A stretch of DNA of 64,000 nucleotides from Eledone cirrhosa (GCA_964016885.1 OZ024750.1:24490001-24554000); one strand, 5' to 3'; shown: positions 40,579 through 55,378, counted from the first letter of the stretch. Numbers and translations: made by a program. The notes: generated by a model not told the origin, from the sequence alone.

Positions 40579-42740
40579 ACATGATCACTTTACAGTGTGG
40601 ACTGGGTGCTTTTTGTCATGTCACCTACATGACCACTTTACATTGTGCACTGGTGCTTGTTGTTGTGTCACCAACATGACCACTTTACAGAGTGGACTGG
40701 GTGCTTTTTGTCATGTCACCTACATGACCACTTTACATTGTGCACTGGTGCTTGTTGTTGTGTCACCAACATGACCACTTTACAGAGTGGACTGGGTGCT
40801 TTTTGTCATGACACCTACATGACCACTTTACAGTGTGGACTGGGTGCTTTTTGTCATGTCACCTACATGACCACTTTACATTGTGCACTGGTGCTTGTTG
40901 TTGTGTCACCAACATGACCACTTTACAGAGTGGACTGGGTGCTTTTTGTCATGACACCTACATGACCACTTTACAGTGTGGACTGGGTGCTTTTTGTCAT
41001 GTCACCTACATGACCACTTTACATTGTGCACTGGTGCTTGTTGTTGTGTCACCAACATGACCACTTTACAGAGTGGACTGGGTGCTTTTTGTCATGACAC
41101 CTACATGACCACTTTACAGTGTGGACTGGGTGCTTTTTGTCATGTCACCTACATGACCACTTTACATTGTGCACTGGTGCTTGTTGTTGTGTCACCAACA
41201 TGACCACTTTACAGAGTGGACTGGGTGCTTTTTGTCATGACACCTACATGACCACTTTACAGTGTGGACTGGGTGCTTTTTGTCATGTCACCTACATGAC
41301 CACTTTACATTGTGCACTGGTGCTTGTTGTTGTGTCACCAACATGACCACTTTACAGAGTGGACTGGGTGCTTTTTGTCATGACACCTACATGACCACTT
41401 TACAGTGTGGACTGGGTGCTTTTTGTCATGTCACCTACATGACCACTTTACATTGTGCACTGGTGCTTGTTGTTGTGTCACCAACATGACCACTTTACAG
41501 AGTGGACTGGGTGCTTTTTGTCATGTCACCTACATGACCACTTTACATTGTGCACTGGTGCTTGTTGTTGTGTCACCAACATGACCACTTTACAGAGTGG
41601 ACTGGGTGCTTTTTGTCATGACACCTACATGACCACTTTACAGTGTGGACTGGGTGCTTTTTGTCATGTCACCTACATGACCACTTTACATTGTGCACTG
41701 GTGCTTGTTGTTGTGTCACCAACATGACCACTTTACAGAGTGGACTGGGTGCTTTTTGTCATGACACCTACATGACCACTTTACAGTGTGGACTGGGTGC
41801 TTTTTGTCATGTCACCTACATGACCACTTTACATTGTGCACTGGTGCTTGTTGTTGTGTCACCAACATGACCACTTTACAGAGTGGACTGGGTGCTTTTT
41901 GTCATGACACCTACATGACCACTTTACAGTGTGGACTGGGTGCTTTTTGTCATGTCACTTACATGACCACTTTACAGTGTGTACTGGTGCTTGTTGTTGT
42001 GTCACCTACATGACCACTTTACAGAGTGGACTGGGTGCTTTTTGTCATGACACCTACATGACCACTTTACAGTGTGGACTGGGTGCTTTTTGTCATGTCA
42101 CTTACATGACCACTTTACAGTGTGTACTGGTGCTTGTTGTTGTGTCACCAACATGACCACTTTACAGAGTGGACTGGGTGCTTTTTGTCATGACACCTAC
42201 ATGACCACTTTACAGTGTGGACTGGGTGCTTTTTGTCATGTCACTTACATGACCACTTTACAGTGTGTACTGGTGCTTGTTGTTGTGTCACCAACATGAC
42301 CACTTTACAGAGTGGACTGGGTGCTTTTTGTCATGACACCTACATGACCACTTTACAGTGTGGACTGGGTGCTTTTTGTCATGTCACTTACATGACCACT
42401 TTACAGTGTGTACTGGTGCTTGTTGTTGTGTCACCAACATGACCACTTTACAGAGTGGACTGGGTGCTTTTTGTCATGACACCTACATGACCACTTTACA
42501 GTGTGGACTGGGTGCTTTTTGTCATGTCACTTACATGACCACTTTACAGTGTGTACTGGTGCTTGTTGTTGTGTCACCAACATGACCACTTTACAGAGTG
42601 GACTGGGTGCTTTTTGTCATGACACCTACATGACCACTTTACAGTGTGTACTGGTGCTTGTTGTTGTGTCACCTACATGACCACTTTACAGTGTGGACTG
42701 GGTGCTTTTTGTCAAGACATCTACACGACCACTTTACAGT
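40579..42740. repeat. Higher-order minisatellite (48+47+48 = 143 bp)
   Basis: Subunits all start acatgaccactttaca; ORF track period is 143 bp. Confidence 0.97.
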
Positions 42741-42872
42741 TTTCATTTTAATTTATTTGTTTTATTTAATTTATTTATTTTGCCCCATTCACGGCCCCAC
42801 CGATGTTTATGAGTAGTACCTTAGTATTTTTACTGCTTTCGCTAGAATCAACAAAGAGTAAAAGTAACTCAC

Positions 42873-42993
42873 GTCTTTTTCGATTTAAATGTCCATCGAT
42901 AGCTTTCAGTATGTTAACAAAGTCACTATAATTTATTCGTTTAACTTTTGGTCGAGACCGGAATATTGATATCAGTAATGACAGTAAGAGTAT
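42873..42993 (-). CDS. Polycystin-1-like exon
   Basis: ILLLSLLISIFRSRPK continues DPGK from the previous exon; tttcag acceptor, gtgagt donor. Confidence 0.85.
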
Positions 42994-43377
42994 CTGAAAA
43001 AAACACACATTTCCATATACCGTGGTTGCATTAAAAATCTACACAAAAGACACACACATACACACAAACACACACACACGTATATATATACAGGCTGGTG
43101 CACACATGTGAAATCGCATTTAAGAATGATATAAATTTTGTAAGAAATTGTTTCAAACATTAGAATCAATCTCAGTTTGTAATGATTTAGAACCACTGCT
43201 GGTAATATTTGATGGTAGAACCCTCCCTCTCGCCTGTTCATCATACAACTAAAAAGAAATCTGAGTTCAATTCCCGCCGAGGTTAACTTTACCTTTCATC
43301 CTTACGGGGTCGATAAAATAAAGTACCGGTAATGTACTGGGATAATTGCTGGCCTTGTGCCAAAAGTAGAAATAATT

Positions 43378-43933
43378 ATACAATAAAGGGAGGAGTGCGG
43401 GACTGTGTCCTGAATATATATTTTTATCCCGTTACTAAAATAAGTTGGATTACTTTGAATAAATAATGAATGAATATTACATAATTTATGTACTAAATTA
43501 AACATAAATATTCTTATATATAAATAATGATTGCTTACTTTAAGATTCACTTCTTTGAAAATATTCAAATGTCAACACTTCTGGTTATGATATAACGGAC
43601 GCTTATATAACGTCCATATATTTGCATAGTTATATCAGAACGTCTATATTTCCGTCGCTAATTTTCTCCTTTTTCGTTTTCATTACATTTCTCCGTAATG
43701 CAGTTTATATATAATATCGTCATTTTTAAATCTATCATGGATTACTTTACTTACAGAAGAGAGTGTAACACAGTTTCTCTTCAATTTCTGTGCATATTGT
43801 CAATTACGATTTTATTTGACGTATCATATCTACATGCATGTATATTTGCGTATAATATACATGCATATAATATGATAATATGCACACTACAGATGCTAGC
43901 AGAAAACCACCTTTCGGGTGGTTTTTCTGCTAG
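43378..43933 (+). mobile_element. Non-autonomous Helitron; second 5' copy at 63747-64000
   Basis: Shared 5' aataaaggg..gagtgcgggact..tcctgaatatat; 3' hairpin followed by CTAG|T. Confidence 0.7.
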
Positions 43934-44891
43934 TTAAAAATAATTGTTTCTACTTTAGGCACAAGGCCAGCAAGTTGAGGAGGGGGGGGGGGGGGGCTAA
44001 GGTCTATTAAATCGACCCCAGTGCATTTCTGTTGCTTTATTTATCGTCCCCATATGGATGAAAGCACAGCTAACTTCAGCAGGATTTGAACTCAGAACGT
44101 AAAAGGTTGTAACTCTATGCCGCTCTGGCATGTTCCGACGTTCTACCGATTCTGCCAATCCATCGCCCTTAGAAATTTTGAATTAGCAGAGTTGTTAGAA
44201 CTTGGGATCACATGTTTTGTAGTATTTGTTCCAGTTCCTTAGACGTGATGAGCCTCAGGTATATGAATTATACTTTAAACTTGAGTTGAAAGAACCAAGT
44301 CACTCGCGATTTTTGCCGTCAAACCATCAAACATTTGATGCTTAATCCCGTTCTCTTCTTTAACCTATAAAATTGTACTTCAAGACCAATGTATATAATT
44401 ATGATACTAGTTTAACAAGTCAATAAGATTAAATGTTTTTTTCCAATTTGTGAATAGTTCACCTTCTCTGTGATATACAAATCAACTCTTTAGCATTTAC
44501 ATTACTCTATATTTACTATTGTATTTTCACGGTAAACATTTTATCTCACATAATATCGAATCTATGAGATTTCGATATTATTTATTTTGAGAACAATACC
44601 TTAATATAAGTATGAGCAGCCGGTTACGACTGGTTTGAACAGTCGTAACCGGCTGCTCATACTTATATTAAGGTATTGTTCTCAAAATAAATAATATCGA
44701 AATCTCATAGAAAGAAGTGAGAGAATCTTGACCGGATATGGCCGGCTTGAACAGAAAGAGGTGAGAGAATTCTGGCCGGTTTAAATGCTAAAGGGTTAAT
44801 ATAGAAGAAGTTTAAGAAAAAGAGAAATCCGATAACTATGACAGATACAATGACAACATCAACAAAAATAAATAAACAAACTACAATATAC

Positions 44892-45606
44892 CTTTCCTGG
44901 ATCAATAAGAACAAACGACTCCAGATTTGAGAGAGCAAACGATGTTAGCCAATACTCTGATTTAGTGCTTCCCCACTCCATACTGTACAAAATTATGAAG
45001 AAACCAGAAGTAAATATGACCAACGCAGCCCATATCCATCCAATATATACACACCAAAAAGGTAAAAACTTCTCACGTTTAAACGTTGCTTTTGATTTTA
45101 TAATTGTTTCATTATCATCTTTGTTTTCTTCATATTTGTTTTCTTCATCTGTGTCTTCTTCATCTTTGTTGGTTTTATTCTTACAACAAGTTCCAGATGG
45201 ATCTGCATTTTTAAAGCACGCTACTAGAAATAATGTAGATGGCACTGTTATCGCAATGCTTTGTATAGAAACAGCGATTTGACGAAGATTTAAACGAATA
45301 GGGCCTAGTTTAAAATCCGTTCCAACTTTTTGTCTATTGTCAAAAGGAGAAAACATTGCATTGGTTATCATTGTAAGATAGAGAACTGCTGCACAGCAAA
45401 CTATTCTTTGAGTGCGGGTAAAGGTTGAATAACATGGGTGCACATACGAGGAAAACCACAGATGTCCATCGCTCAACGACTGTTGGATATGATCAACAAA
45501 TCTACTTTTGAAAACGAGTTGATCATGTGTTACGTTGCATAAGATATTGCAGGCAGTTGAAGCATAACTCTCTGTCCCAATCCAGCCATTATACCTGAAA
45601 GAAAAA
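44892..45606 (-). CDS. Polycystin-1-like exon (PLAT end, TM2-5)
   Basis: DGHLWFS...STFTRTQRIVCC...MITNAMF...YSMEWG...WLTSF, typical of the PKD1 family; alternative in-frame start at 45594. Confidence 0.93.
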
Positions 45607-45659
45607 CTGTGGAAGAACGCTAGTCAAAAACAGACGGAAAGATCATTTATTTTAACGGG

Positions 45660-46500
45660 TGCTAATAACAATTACCTACATTTACAGGATACATACATAC
45701 TTACAGGTTATACCAACCCGCTTGGACCAAAGTATAACTGAACTTGGATTTGTGGACAAAGAGCGCAGCTCCCTAATTCATAGACAACAAATGGCTGCGA
45801 TAACTGGGACCTTCAAAATTTGCAAAATATTATTGCGATTCAAGGGATGACAATTTCCTTTCTGTTACAACCTTGCCACTAGGAAGGTGGCTGGTCAAAA
45901 ATGTATTCGAAATTAAGAAAAAGAGAAAAAGAAACATAGTGTGTCAGAAACAGTGTTGGAATGTGGCAGCAGTACTAACGCTGTGACACCTTCACGGATG
46001 TACAAAGCAGCTCTACCTGAAGTTCTCTCTATCCTGTCAGTATAAAAGACAACATACTTCGGTATGTGCATTTCTGCATTTGCTATGCTAGCTACCAGGT
46101 GCGTTTTAGTTAGTGCCATACAAATTGCCTAGAGCCTCGCGAGATGGAATGGCTCTTCCAGTGCATCTCCCTTACCATCCTCCGAGGAAACGCCTTCTTC
46201 ATTTTGTCCGCCGGAGCTGTGGGGTGACCAGCACCTGGGACCCCATTTGCTCACAATACAGAGAGATGGAGAGGGCGAGAGAGATGGAGGCGATGACAGT
46301 GGGAGTTCGGTTCTTCACATGGCACTTGTCATGTGATATTTTTCCATATATACATTGTGTTAATGCTTGTGGCTAGGTCTCTCATATAGGAGATTTTACT
46401 ACTGTTGGTAAGTTTAACTAGGCCCCTGACATTTATCAATAGCGTTGATGTGACATTTCCGGTGTCAGCAGTGAGCGTTGATATGACATTTAGGAGGATA
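45660..46500 (-). mobile_element. CR1/L2-type LINE relic (AP endonuclease region), interrupted by insertions
   Basis: LLINVRGL..SKISY; ALTKTHL...HIPKYVVFYTDR...GRAALYIRE. Confidence 0.7.
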
Positions 46501-47305
46501 TCAGTGATGACTATCATGGGTCTTTTGTTTGTGGTGGTAAAGAGGGCCCCTGAGTCCAGTAAGACAACCTCTCTAGTGTTGGTGGCACGAATAAAAGCAC
46601 CCAGTCCATGCTATAAAGTGGTGCTGGTGTTAGGAAGGGCATCCAACCAGTATATATACTATTGCCAAAAACTATGAGTACAACAAATGAGAATTGAGTG
46701 CTGGTGCACATGACTTTAGTTCTGTATTTTATGTAGCCAAGTCAACTGTTATATTATCTTTCGTACCATGCTCAAAAAAGATTGTTGTCAAGCTTCTGCA
46801 GTCTGTACTGTATCTACACTGTCTCCTTCTCGGGGAAGTACGTTCAGCATCAGCATATTTCCTGCGCACAGACAGTGTGCGATGTGTCCTGGTCATATAC
46901 TTCTGTTAGTTTCTGCTGGGATGTGAGATAAGTGGATTGGGTTACACATATATACACAACACCACCATCTCTCTCGATTCCATTCTGCTTCTCTGTCTCC
47001 TTTCCCTCTCTCTATGTCTCTCTTTCAATCTACTCTCTCATAACCGTTATCTATTTCTCTCTATCCTTCTCTCTCTCTCTGTTTATGAAGGTATCCGGAA
47101 AAACCCCATATCTCGGGAACCCGTGCTTCGAATTACGCGAAACTTGTTTTATTCCATTTGTATTCCCATTTCAGGGGCAACTTTCTTTCAATGTATTTTC
47201 CCATTATGCGCCCTTTTGGCTGTATTACATTACAGAGAAGCAAGCAAGCAAGCAAGCAATCACAGACTTTTAGTAGTAAATAGATATACAAAAAGAGCAA
47301 CTTAC

Positions 47306-47466
47306 ACCTTCTCTGTTTTAATATCCATAATTTCCACCTTACTTAAATACCACGACGAATCTAATCCGTAGCCTGAACAATCTGACCATATTCTTAAACA
47401 CATGAGCTCACCCAAATATTTGGAAGAGCTCATTAAAAGTTTCCTCAGCGAGCCTGTCGGAAAACC
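47306..47466 (-). CDS. Polycystin-1-like exon (PLAT domain; absent from ORF track)
   Basis: GFPTGSLRKLLMSSSKYLGELMCLRIWSDCSGYGLDSSWYLSKVEIMDIKTEK. Confidence 0.92.
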
Positions 47467-48157
47467 CTTGAAAAAAAAAAAAAAAAAAAGTAAAAAAATT
47501 CTGTTCTTGTTCTTGTGTCGATTTAGTGTTGTTGTTTTGTTTGTTTTAGTTTTAGTCTTTTATTGCTTTTTTTTTAATTGCTTTCAGTAATTATACTGTG
47601 GCGACTCTGCTGGGGCACCACGTTGATTTAGTCCAGAGATTCTCAAAGTGGGCGCTACCCCCCCAACCCCATCCAGGGCGACGTTGAGAAGGTCCAGGGA
47701 GGGCGCTGGGGCCTAAGGGAGCATTAGAGATGATATAATAGTGGCAGTGGATTAGCAGTATCGGTAGAGGGTCGGATGCCATGCTATGTTATGCCCCTTT
47801 ACGATCTGAGTTCAAATACCGCCGCGGTTAACTTTGTCTTTCAACCTTACGGAGGTCGATGAAATAAAGTACCAGTAATGCACTGGGGTAATTGCTGGCC
47901 TTCTGCCAATAGTAGAAACAAATATATTAAATATAAAATGGTGCATATATATACATATATATAAACATAGTATAATAAAATAAATATATAAATGTTTCTA
48001 CTTCTGGCACAAGGCCAGCAATTATCCCAATGTGTTACGGGGTAGGGTGGGGGGTCCTCAAGGTTTGAGGACCTCTGATTTAGTCGATCATTTTGACCGT
48101 AGTATATTGATCTCTTTGTTTTTTAACCTCTAATGTACGGAACATAAGTACTTACAG

Positions 48158-48206
<49 letters not shown>

Positions 48207-48790
48207 TATAAATATTTATTGCCTCTGTCGTTTTTTAAGGCATGGCTGTCTTTACTGAAGGTTTTAAATACAAGTTTGAGATAAAGTACGAATTAAAATG
48301 TTTAAAATGTAAAAATTATGGGAAGTTACAAACAGAGATATATACAAATAAATATACAAAAACACATGGCGTATTATTATGGTTGATATATATACCGTAT
48401 TTCCCGGCGCCGAAGACGCTTCGTCCTCGAGGTCGTTTCCTAATTTTGACATCCAAAAATTTGAAAAAAAATAATAAACAACCTTCGGCCTCCAGGACGT
48501 ATGGTAAATTTTTGAGACTTATTTTAGGAACAAAGTAGCGTCTTCGACTCGGGAAATACGGTATATGTGTGTTCATAGTTGTGTCTGTGTTTATGTCCCA
48601 TAACCTAGCGCTTTGACAAAAGACGTCGATAAAATAAATATAAAATTAAAAAAAATATATCCCCAGCATGGCCTCAGCCGGATGGCTGAAACAGGTAAAA
48701 GAGTAAGTATTGAGGTCGAAGGCGGTGCCCTAGCTTGGCCACAGATCTATTGACAGAAACTAGTGAAAAAGTAAGAATAATAAACTTTAC

Positions 48791-48961
48791 CTTGTGTATC
48801 CCGTCAGAAAGACACCGTATGGGACTTGTACCTTTTTCACCGCAGAGGATAAAACAAATGTTCGACAATGTTCCAGAATCTACTTTCAATCCAGTAAAAA
48901 CAGTAATAAGATAAAAGTTTCCATCCTCGAATTTATTGTCACAGAGAGGCGATATATTACC
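48791..48961 (-). CDS. Polycystin-1-like exon (PLAT start)
   Basis: YLITVFTGLKVDSGTLSNICFILCGEKGTSPIRCLSD. Confidence 0.92.
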
Positions 48962-49296
48962 CTGAATGTTTGAAATATAAGGGGAAACACAGGTGAAATT
49001 TGAGTTCAAAACAACAAAAAGAAGTTGTGGTGTATCTTTGGAATAGTGCTTGATAAATATTAGTGGCCCTAATAGTTGTTCCAATGTTCAAAAGTAGCCC
49101 GCCAATGGAATATGTTGCACACCCCTGGTCTAGGAGACAAACAGAGAAGCAATAAAAACTAAAAAAAAAAAAAGAAAACCCACAGAAAATCAGCAGGGAA
49201 GCCGTCGAATCGATCCATATACATATAACAGGGTTCTCAGAACCCGAGAAAATAATATTGCCATTAGCTGTCTTTCTTCATGCATGATATTACACA

Positions 49297-49392
<96 letters not shown>

Positions 49393-49478
49393 TAAATATA
49401 TACATACATACACACACACATATATATATATATACACACACACACATACACACACACACACACACACATACACACACA

Positions 49479-49518
<40 letters not shown>

Positions 49519-52383
49519 AAATATATAAGAACCCTAGAGCAAATCCCGAGCATCGCCGGGCCATTCTGCTAGTATATATATATATACGTATATGCATATA
49601 TACACACACACATGCATACATATTTCTATATGCTTTTATATAGTTGAAGGTTTGAATATTCATAGTGCTTCCCTATGAAAATGCAATAATATTTCTGGAA
49701 GCCTTAATTAGATAATGTGTATTTATGTTCTATCGATGTTATCTGGAGCTATTGAAATTTGTTAATCTCACCGTAAAGCTATATAATGTATTATTAAGTA
49801 GAGTATATTATTTTTTAGACAATAAAAGAGCCAATTTTACGAACATTTTACTGTTTTTAATATGCACTGCGCACGAATGAGCCCCAGGTATATATATTTA
49901 TATATATATATTTAATATAGAAATGGTTTCTACAGGACTAGAACTGTTTCATTCGGGAGAAATCATCAGGGCTTCTTGATGATTTCTCCCGAATAAAATA
50001 GTTCTAGTCCTGTAGAAGCCATTTCTATATTAAATATTTATCCTCTGCTATGTATCGAGTACCTTACCCCCGATTGAACCCGGGATAAACTTATATATAT
50101 ATAAACCTGGAGGTTTAGGTCCCTTATGATTTGAACGCATATTAATAATAATATTCGATTCGTTTGCAATTATGCAAACAACTTCTTTAAAGCCATGACA
50201 GTAGAATGACTCCGCCATTCTTGCTCTTATGTTGGCATGTAAACAGAACTGCAGACGCTAATGTTTCTGGGTGATTACCCTTCCTCAGTACAGTATATTG
50301 CTTACCTGTCAACTACCAGAACTAATGAAAAAAAAAGTACATATATATATATATATCACAGAAAAGAGAATCAGTGTTGGGACGAAATGAATTTATTGCA
50401 CATATTACAATTGTTTCTCGAGCGACCAGCTCGAGGCATGATCGATGTGGTGATCAAACCTGACTCTGAAATCGCGCGGTCCTCGGATACGTCTCGATTC
50501 TACGAAGCAGATTCTCTTTTCTGTGATATCATACTTTGCTCTATGAGGGCATCGAGTGCTCATACCGCCTACCGCATACGGGCGCTTTAAGTATCCAACA
50601 CCAATTATATATACATATACATATATTTCTGGATGTATATGTGTGTGGTGGGTGTATGTGTGTACTGCAATTCCATTTCATACTAGAATCAAGATTGCAA
50701 TATTCCATACAAATTGTCCAGTATGGTAAATAACAGCATTATCTAAGTATGTGGATAGCTATACATCTAAATACACTGGGAACAACACAATCTATATAAT
50801 TAGACATTAAATTATACATCAAATAAAAATGTCTTCCCGCATAGGCCCGGTGTTTCACCTCATATGAAAGTCGTCAAAAGAGAATGAAATAAATTATTTT
50901 AAGCATGTTGCCAAACATAACGAGACGGCGAATTGGCAGAGTCGTTAGAACGTCGGATAGAATGCTTTATGGTATTCCTTCCGAGATCAACTTTGCCTTT
51001 CATCCTTTCGAGGTCGATAAAAAATGTACCAGTCAAGTACTGGGGTGGATTCTTCCTATATATATCTCTTTCTCGTTTCCCCTCTTTCTCTCACTTTCTA
51101 TATTTCTATGAACGAAATCTGCTGTACTCAGGCTTGGAGAGGGATGGGTTGCACCAGGCTTAAAAATACCCAAGAAACGCCGTATGTCAATGCGGCAACC
51201 CTACGACTTTATCAGGAGTTACGGGACCATACGTACATAGAATAAAAACAGCTATACACGGAAATACTTAGTCAGATAACAAAACATGTTCTTTGAAACA
51301 CCATGGTACTGACATGCTTCTAGCATAGTGACTGCACAATTGGCTTTATGCTATGATAATATTCTAATAGTGTTTCCCGGATTTTAAGATAATTTCAAAT
51401 TAACTTTTTTACTTCAATATGGAACTCGAGAGAGCATCTCTTATTTCTTTATATTTAGTGGTTGTTGATGGTATTATTATTGATAATGTACCTGCATCTA
51501 AAGAATTGCATTAACCAATTAGTGTCTTTTCGTGAGCTATATTAAATCACAAGAGAATAACTACGGAAAATATACAGGAACGCCTTCTGCATCAAAACTA
51601 GTAACAAAGTGAATGCTAATATACTTGATGTAGTGATGCAATACATTTTTAGGGAATTAAAATTGCATTCCTAGCGACGAGTAAAATAACCATTATCTTA
51701 ATGACTAATTCTAGTTTAAAATGCCAAGAGAGACAGCTCTGGATTTAAATCAATTAAAATTATTTAAATATAGAATGCAGTAAGACCTCTCAACTAGAAT
51801 CTCATTACGATAATGATTTTTTCTCATCGTTAAGGTTGTAATTTTAATTAATTAAAACTCCTTGGTTCACTACATTAACTGCCCAATTGACTATATTCAC
51901 TCATAAATTTGGTAGTTATTTGCATTATAAGAAATAGAGCATCGCCTATTATAATCTTCCTAGGCACTAATGAATGGTTCGCTGCATTTCCAACGACGAA
52001 AGTGTTTAAAGAATATCTGTAAATTTGTTGAGATAAAGTATCATTAAAAGACTTTGTTCGTGTAACACGGTTCTTCTTTCTTTCTTTTTTTTCACTGTTT
52101 CCGTCAAATAATTCCAATTAACCGGGGTTACGTTAGATGACAATTGCAAAAGATGGCGCGCAGTTGTATCGACTCCGGAATTACAGTAGTTGCAAAGTGA
52201 CTCTCTTAACATTGCAGCTATATTTTTACCTAGAATTAACCACAGTTGATTTTAGCGATGTAACAAGGAAATAGAGTTAATACTAGCTTCACATAACACA
52301 TAAATCAAATTTGACGAATTGATACAAATCTTTCAAAGTTCTCGATAATTTATCAAATAGAATAAATGATAAGCTATATGTAC

Positions 52384-52608
52384 CATCCATTTGTTTTTCC
52401 TGTCTTGGTGACAAGTACAAGCAATCAGCAAAATAAATGTACAGGTTGTAGAAATGACAACAGCGAAAACGAGTCCGTTATTCAGAAGATCAAATTTCTG
52501 GAAAACTGTTGAGAAATCAATAGTGTTTGGTGGAACAAAGAAAGTATTGGCAATAGTTACTTCCCCATTAGCTGTACATTGACATTTTATGGTCGATCCC
52601 ATCTCCAA
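52384..52608 (-). CDS. Polycystin-1-like exon (GPS end plus TM1)
   Basis: KCQC...FFVPPNTIDFSTVFQKFDLLNNGLVFAVV...DRK. Confidence 0.92.
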
Positions 52609-53383
52609 CTAGTTGAATAGAAATGTAAGAAAAAAATATTAAAATGAAATACTCAAACATTCAACATCTTCTATAAAAATAGATTTCCATATTTTACACG
52701 GAGCACATTATTGAGAGTGGTGAATTGGCAGGATCGTTAGAATGTCGAGAAAGTATATTAATTGTTTCTACTTTAGGCACAAGGCCAGCAATTACCCAGT
52801 GCATTACTGGTACTTTATTTTATCGACCCCGTAAGGATGAAAGGCAAAGTCAACCTCGGCGGGATTTGAACTCAGACCGTAAAGGGACGTAACTATGCTG
52901 GAAAGCATGGCGTCCGACCCTCTACCGATACTGCCAATCCACTATATTAATGGCCCTGCGTTCTGTGATCAAATTTCACTGAGGTTAAATTTGCCTTCCT
53001 TTCTTCCGGAGTCAATAAAGTACCAGTTCAGTAGAGGGGTCGACTTTCTCCCCCCTTGAAATTGTGCCTAAATTAGTAGCTATTATGAATGTGGGATTTA
53101 AACTCAGAATGCAAGGATATTGATCAGGTACTGCAAGGCGTCCCTTTTGACTCATTAACAATTCTGCCAATCCACTGTCCCTGGACTAGTACTTTATCTA
53201 TTGACTCCAAAAGGATGAAAGGTAAAGTTAACTTTGCTGTGATTTGAACTTAGTAATGTACTGGGGTAATTGCTGGCCTACGGTACTGAAGAGATTAAAT
53301 AGTTTCTGCTAAATTACAGGATATTAAGACTTAATAGTTACAGTTACACAGACATACAGTGGTGAGAAACCTTTATGTAGTGA

Positions 53384-54580
<1,197 letters not shown>

Positions 54581-55092
54581 ATAGCGAAGTACCGTTTTCC
54601 TGTTTTCCTTCGGTTGCAACCTTTTTCGAAATATTTACTTCTGCGTTCACAGATTGATTTTTTTTTAGTTTCAGAAGATCTCGTTAAGGGTGAAAGCAGC
54701 GATTCTTTGCTTAAACTTTAATTTGTTATTTTAATATATATATATATAATTATATATTCGTGAACAGATATTTTTGCATACATAAAAACAAAATATAAAC
54801 AAACTATTTATTTCACGAAAGCACAGACGGCTTATCGTCAGTGTTACTGCCGATATGCCACCCCAAAAGTACCACTACTTTTGGCACAAGGCCAGCAATT
54901 ACATAGTCAACGGTTCGGAAATCACATGCATCACTGACGAGTTTACTCCTTACTCTACCAGTTAGTCTTAGTGTACTTTGTCCTGCTTTAAGTCATGCCT
55001 GTACTGTTTCATAAAGGAGGGATAAACATGCCGATCTATGTTTAGAATCCCGAGCAACGCCGGGCCATTCTGCTAGTAAATGATAAAATTAC

Positions 55093-55220
55093 CTTGCAAG
55101 AATCATCAATCCAATTCGTGCGGTTCCATGATAAACAGTTTAAAGAAAATCCTTTGAAACCATATATACTGAAAATGTCTGCTGCTTCATATCCTGAAAG
55201 ATCAAAACGGGAAGATGGTT
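55093..55220 (-). CDS. Polycystin-1-like exon (GPS start)
   Basis: CLSWNRTNWIDDSCK fits C..W....W....C; alternative in-frame start at 55193. Confidence 0.88.
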
Positions 55221-55299
55221 CTAAAGAAAGTAAGGAAAACACAAGGGGTAAATATGTACACTTTTTAAAATTGCTCTGTCTTTCTCTCTCTCCCGCTCC

Positions 55300-55337
<38 letters not shown>

Positions 55338-55378
55338 TTGGCTTGTTCTGGCCGTTAATGCTTCTTGTCTCTTTGCTT

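Noticed and set aside
40579-42740. CRISPR-like array (regular conserved repeats)
   Set aside because: The intervening sequences are themselves repeated with no unique spacers; no cas genes; eukaryotic intron
43896-43934. Rho-independent terminator
   Set aside because: Eukaryotic context; better explained as a Helitron 3' hairpin plus CTAG
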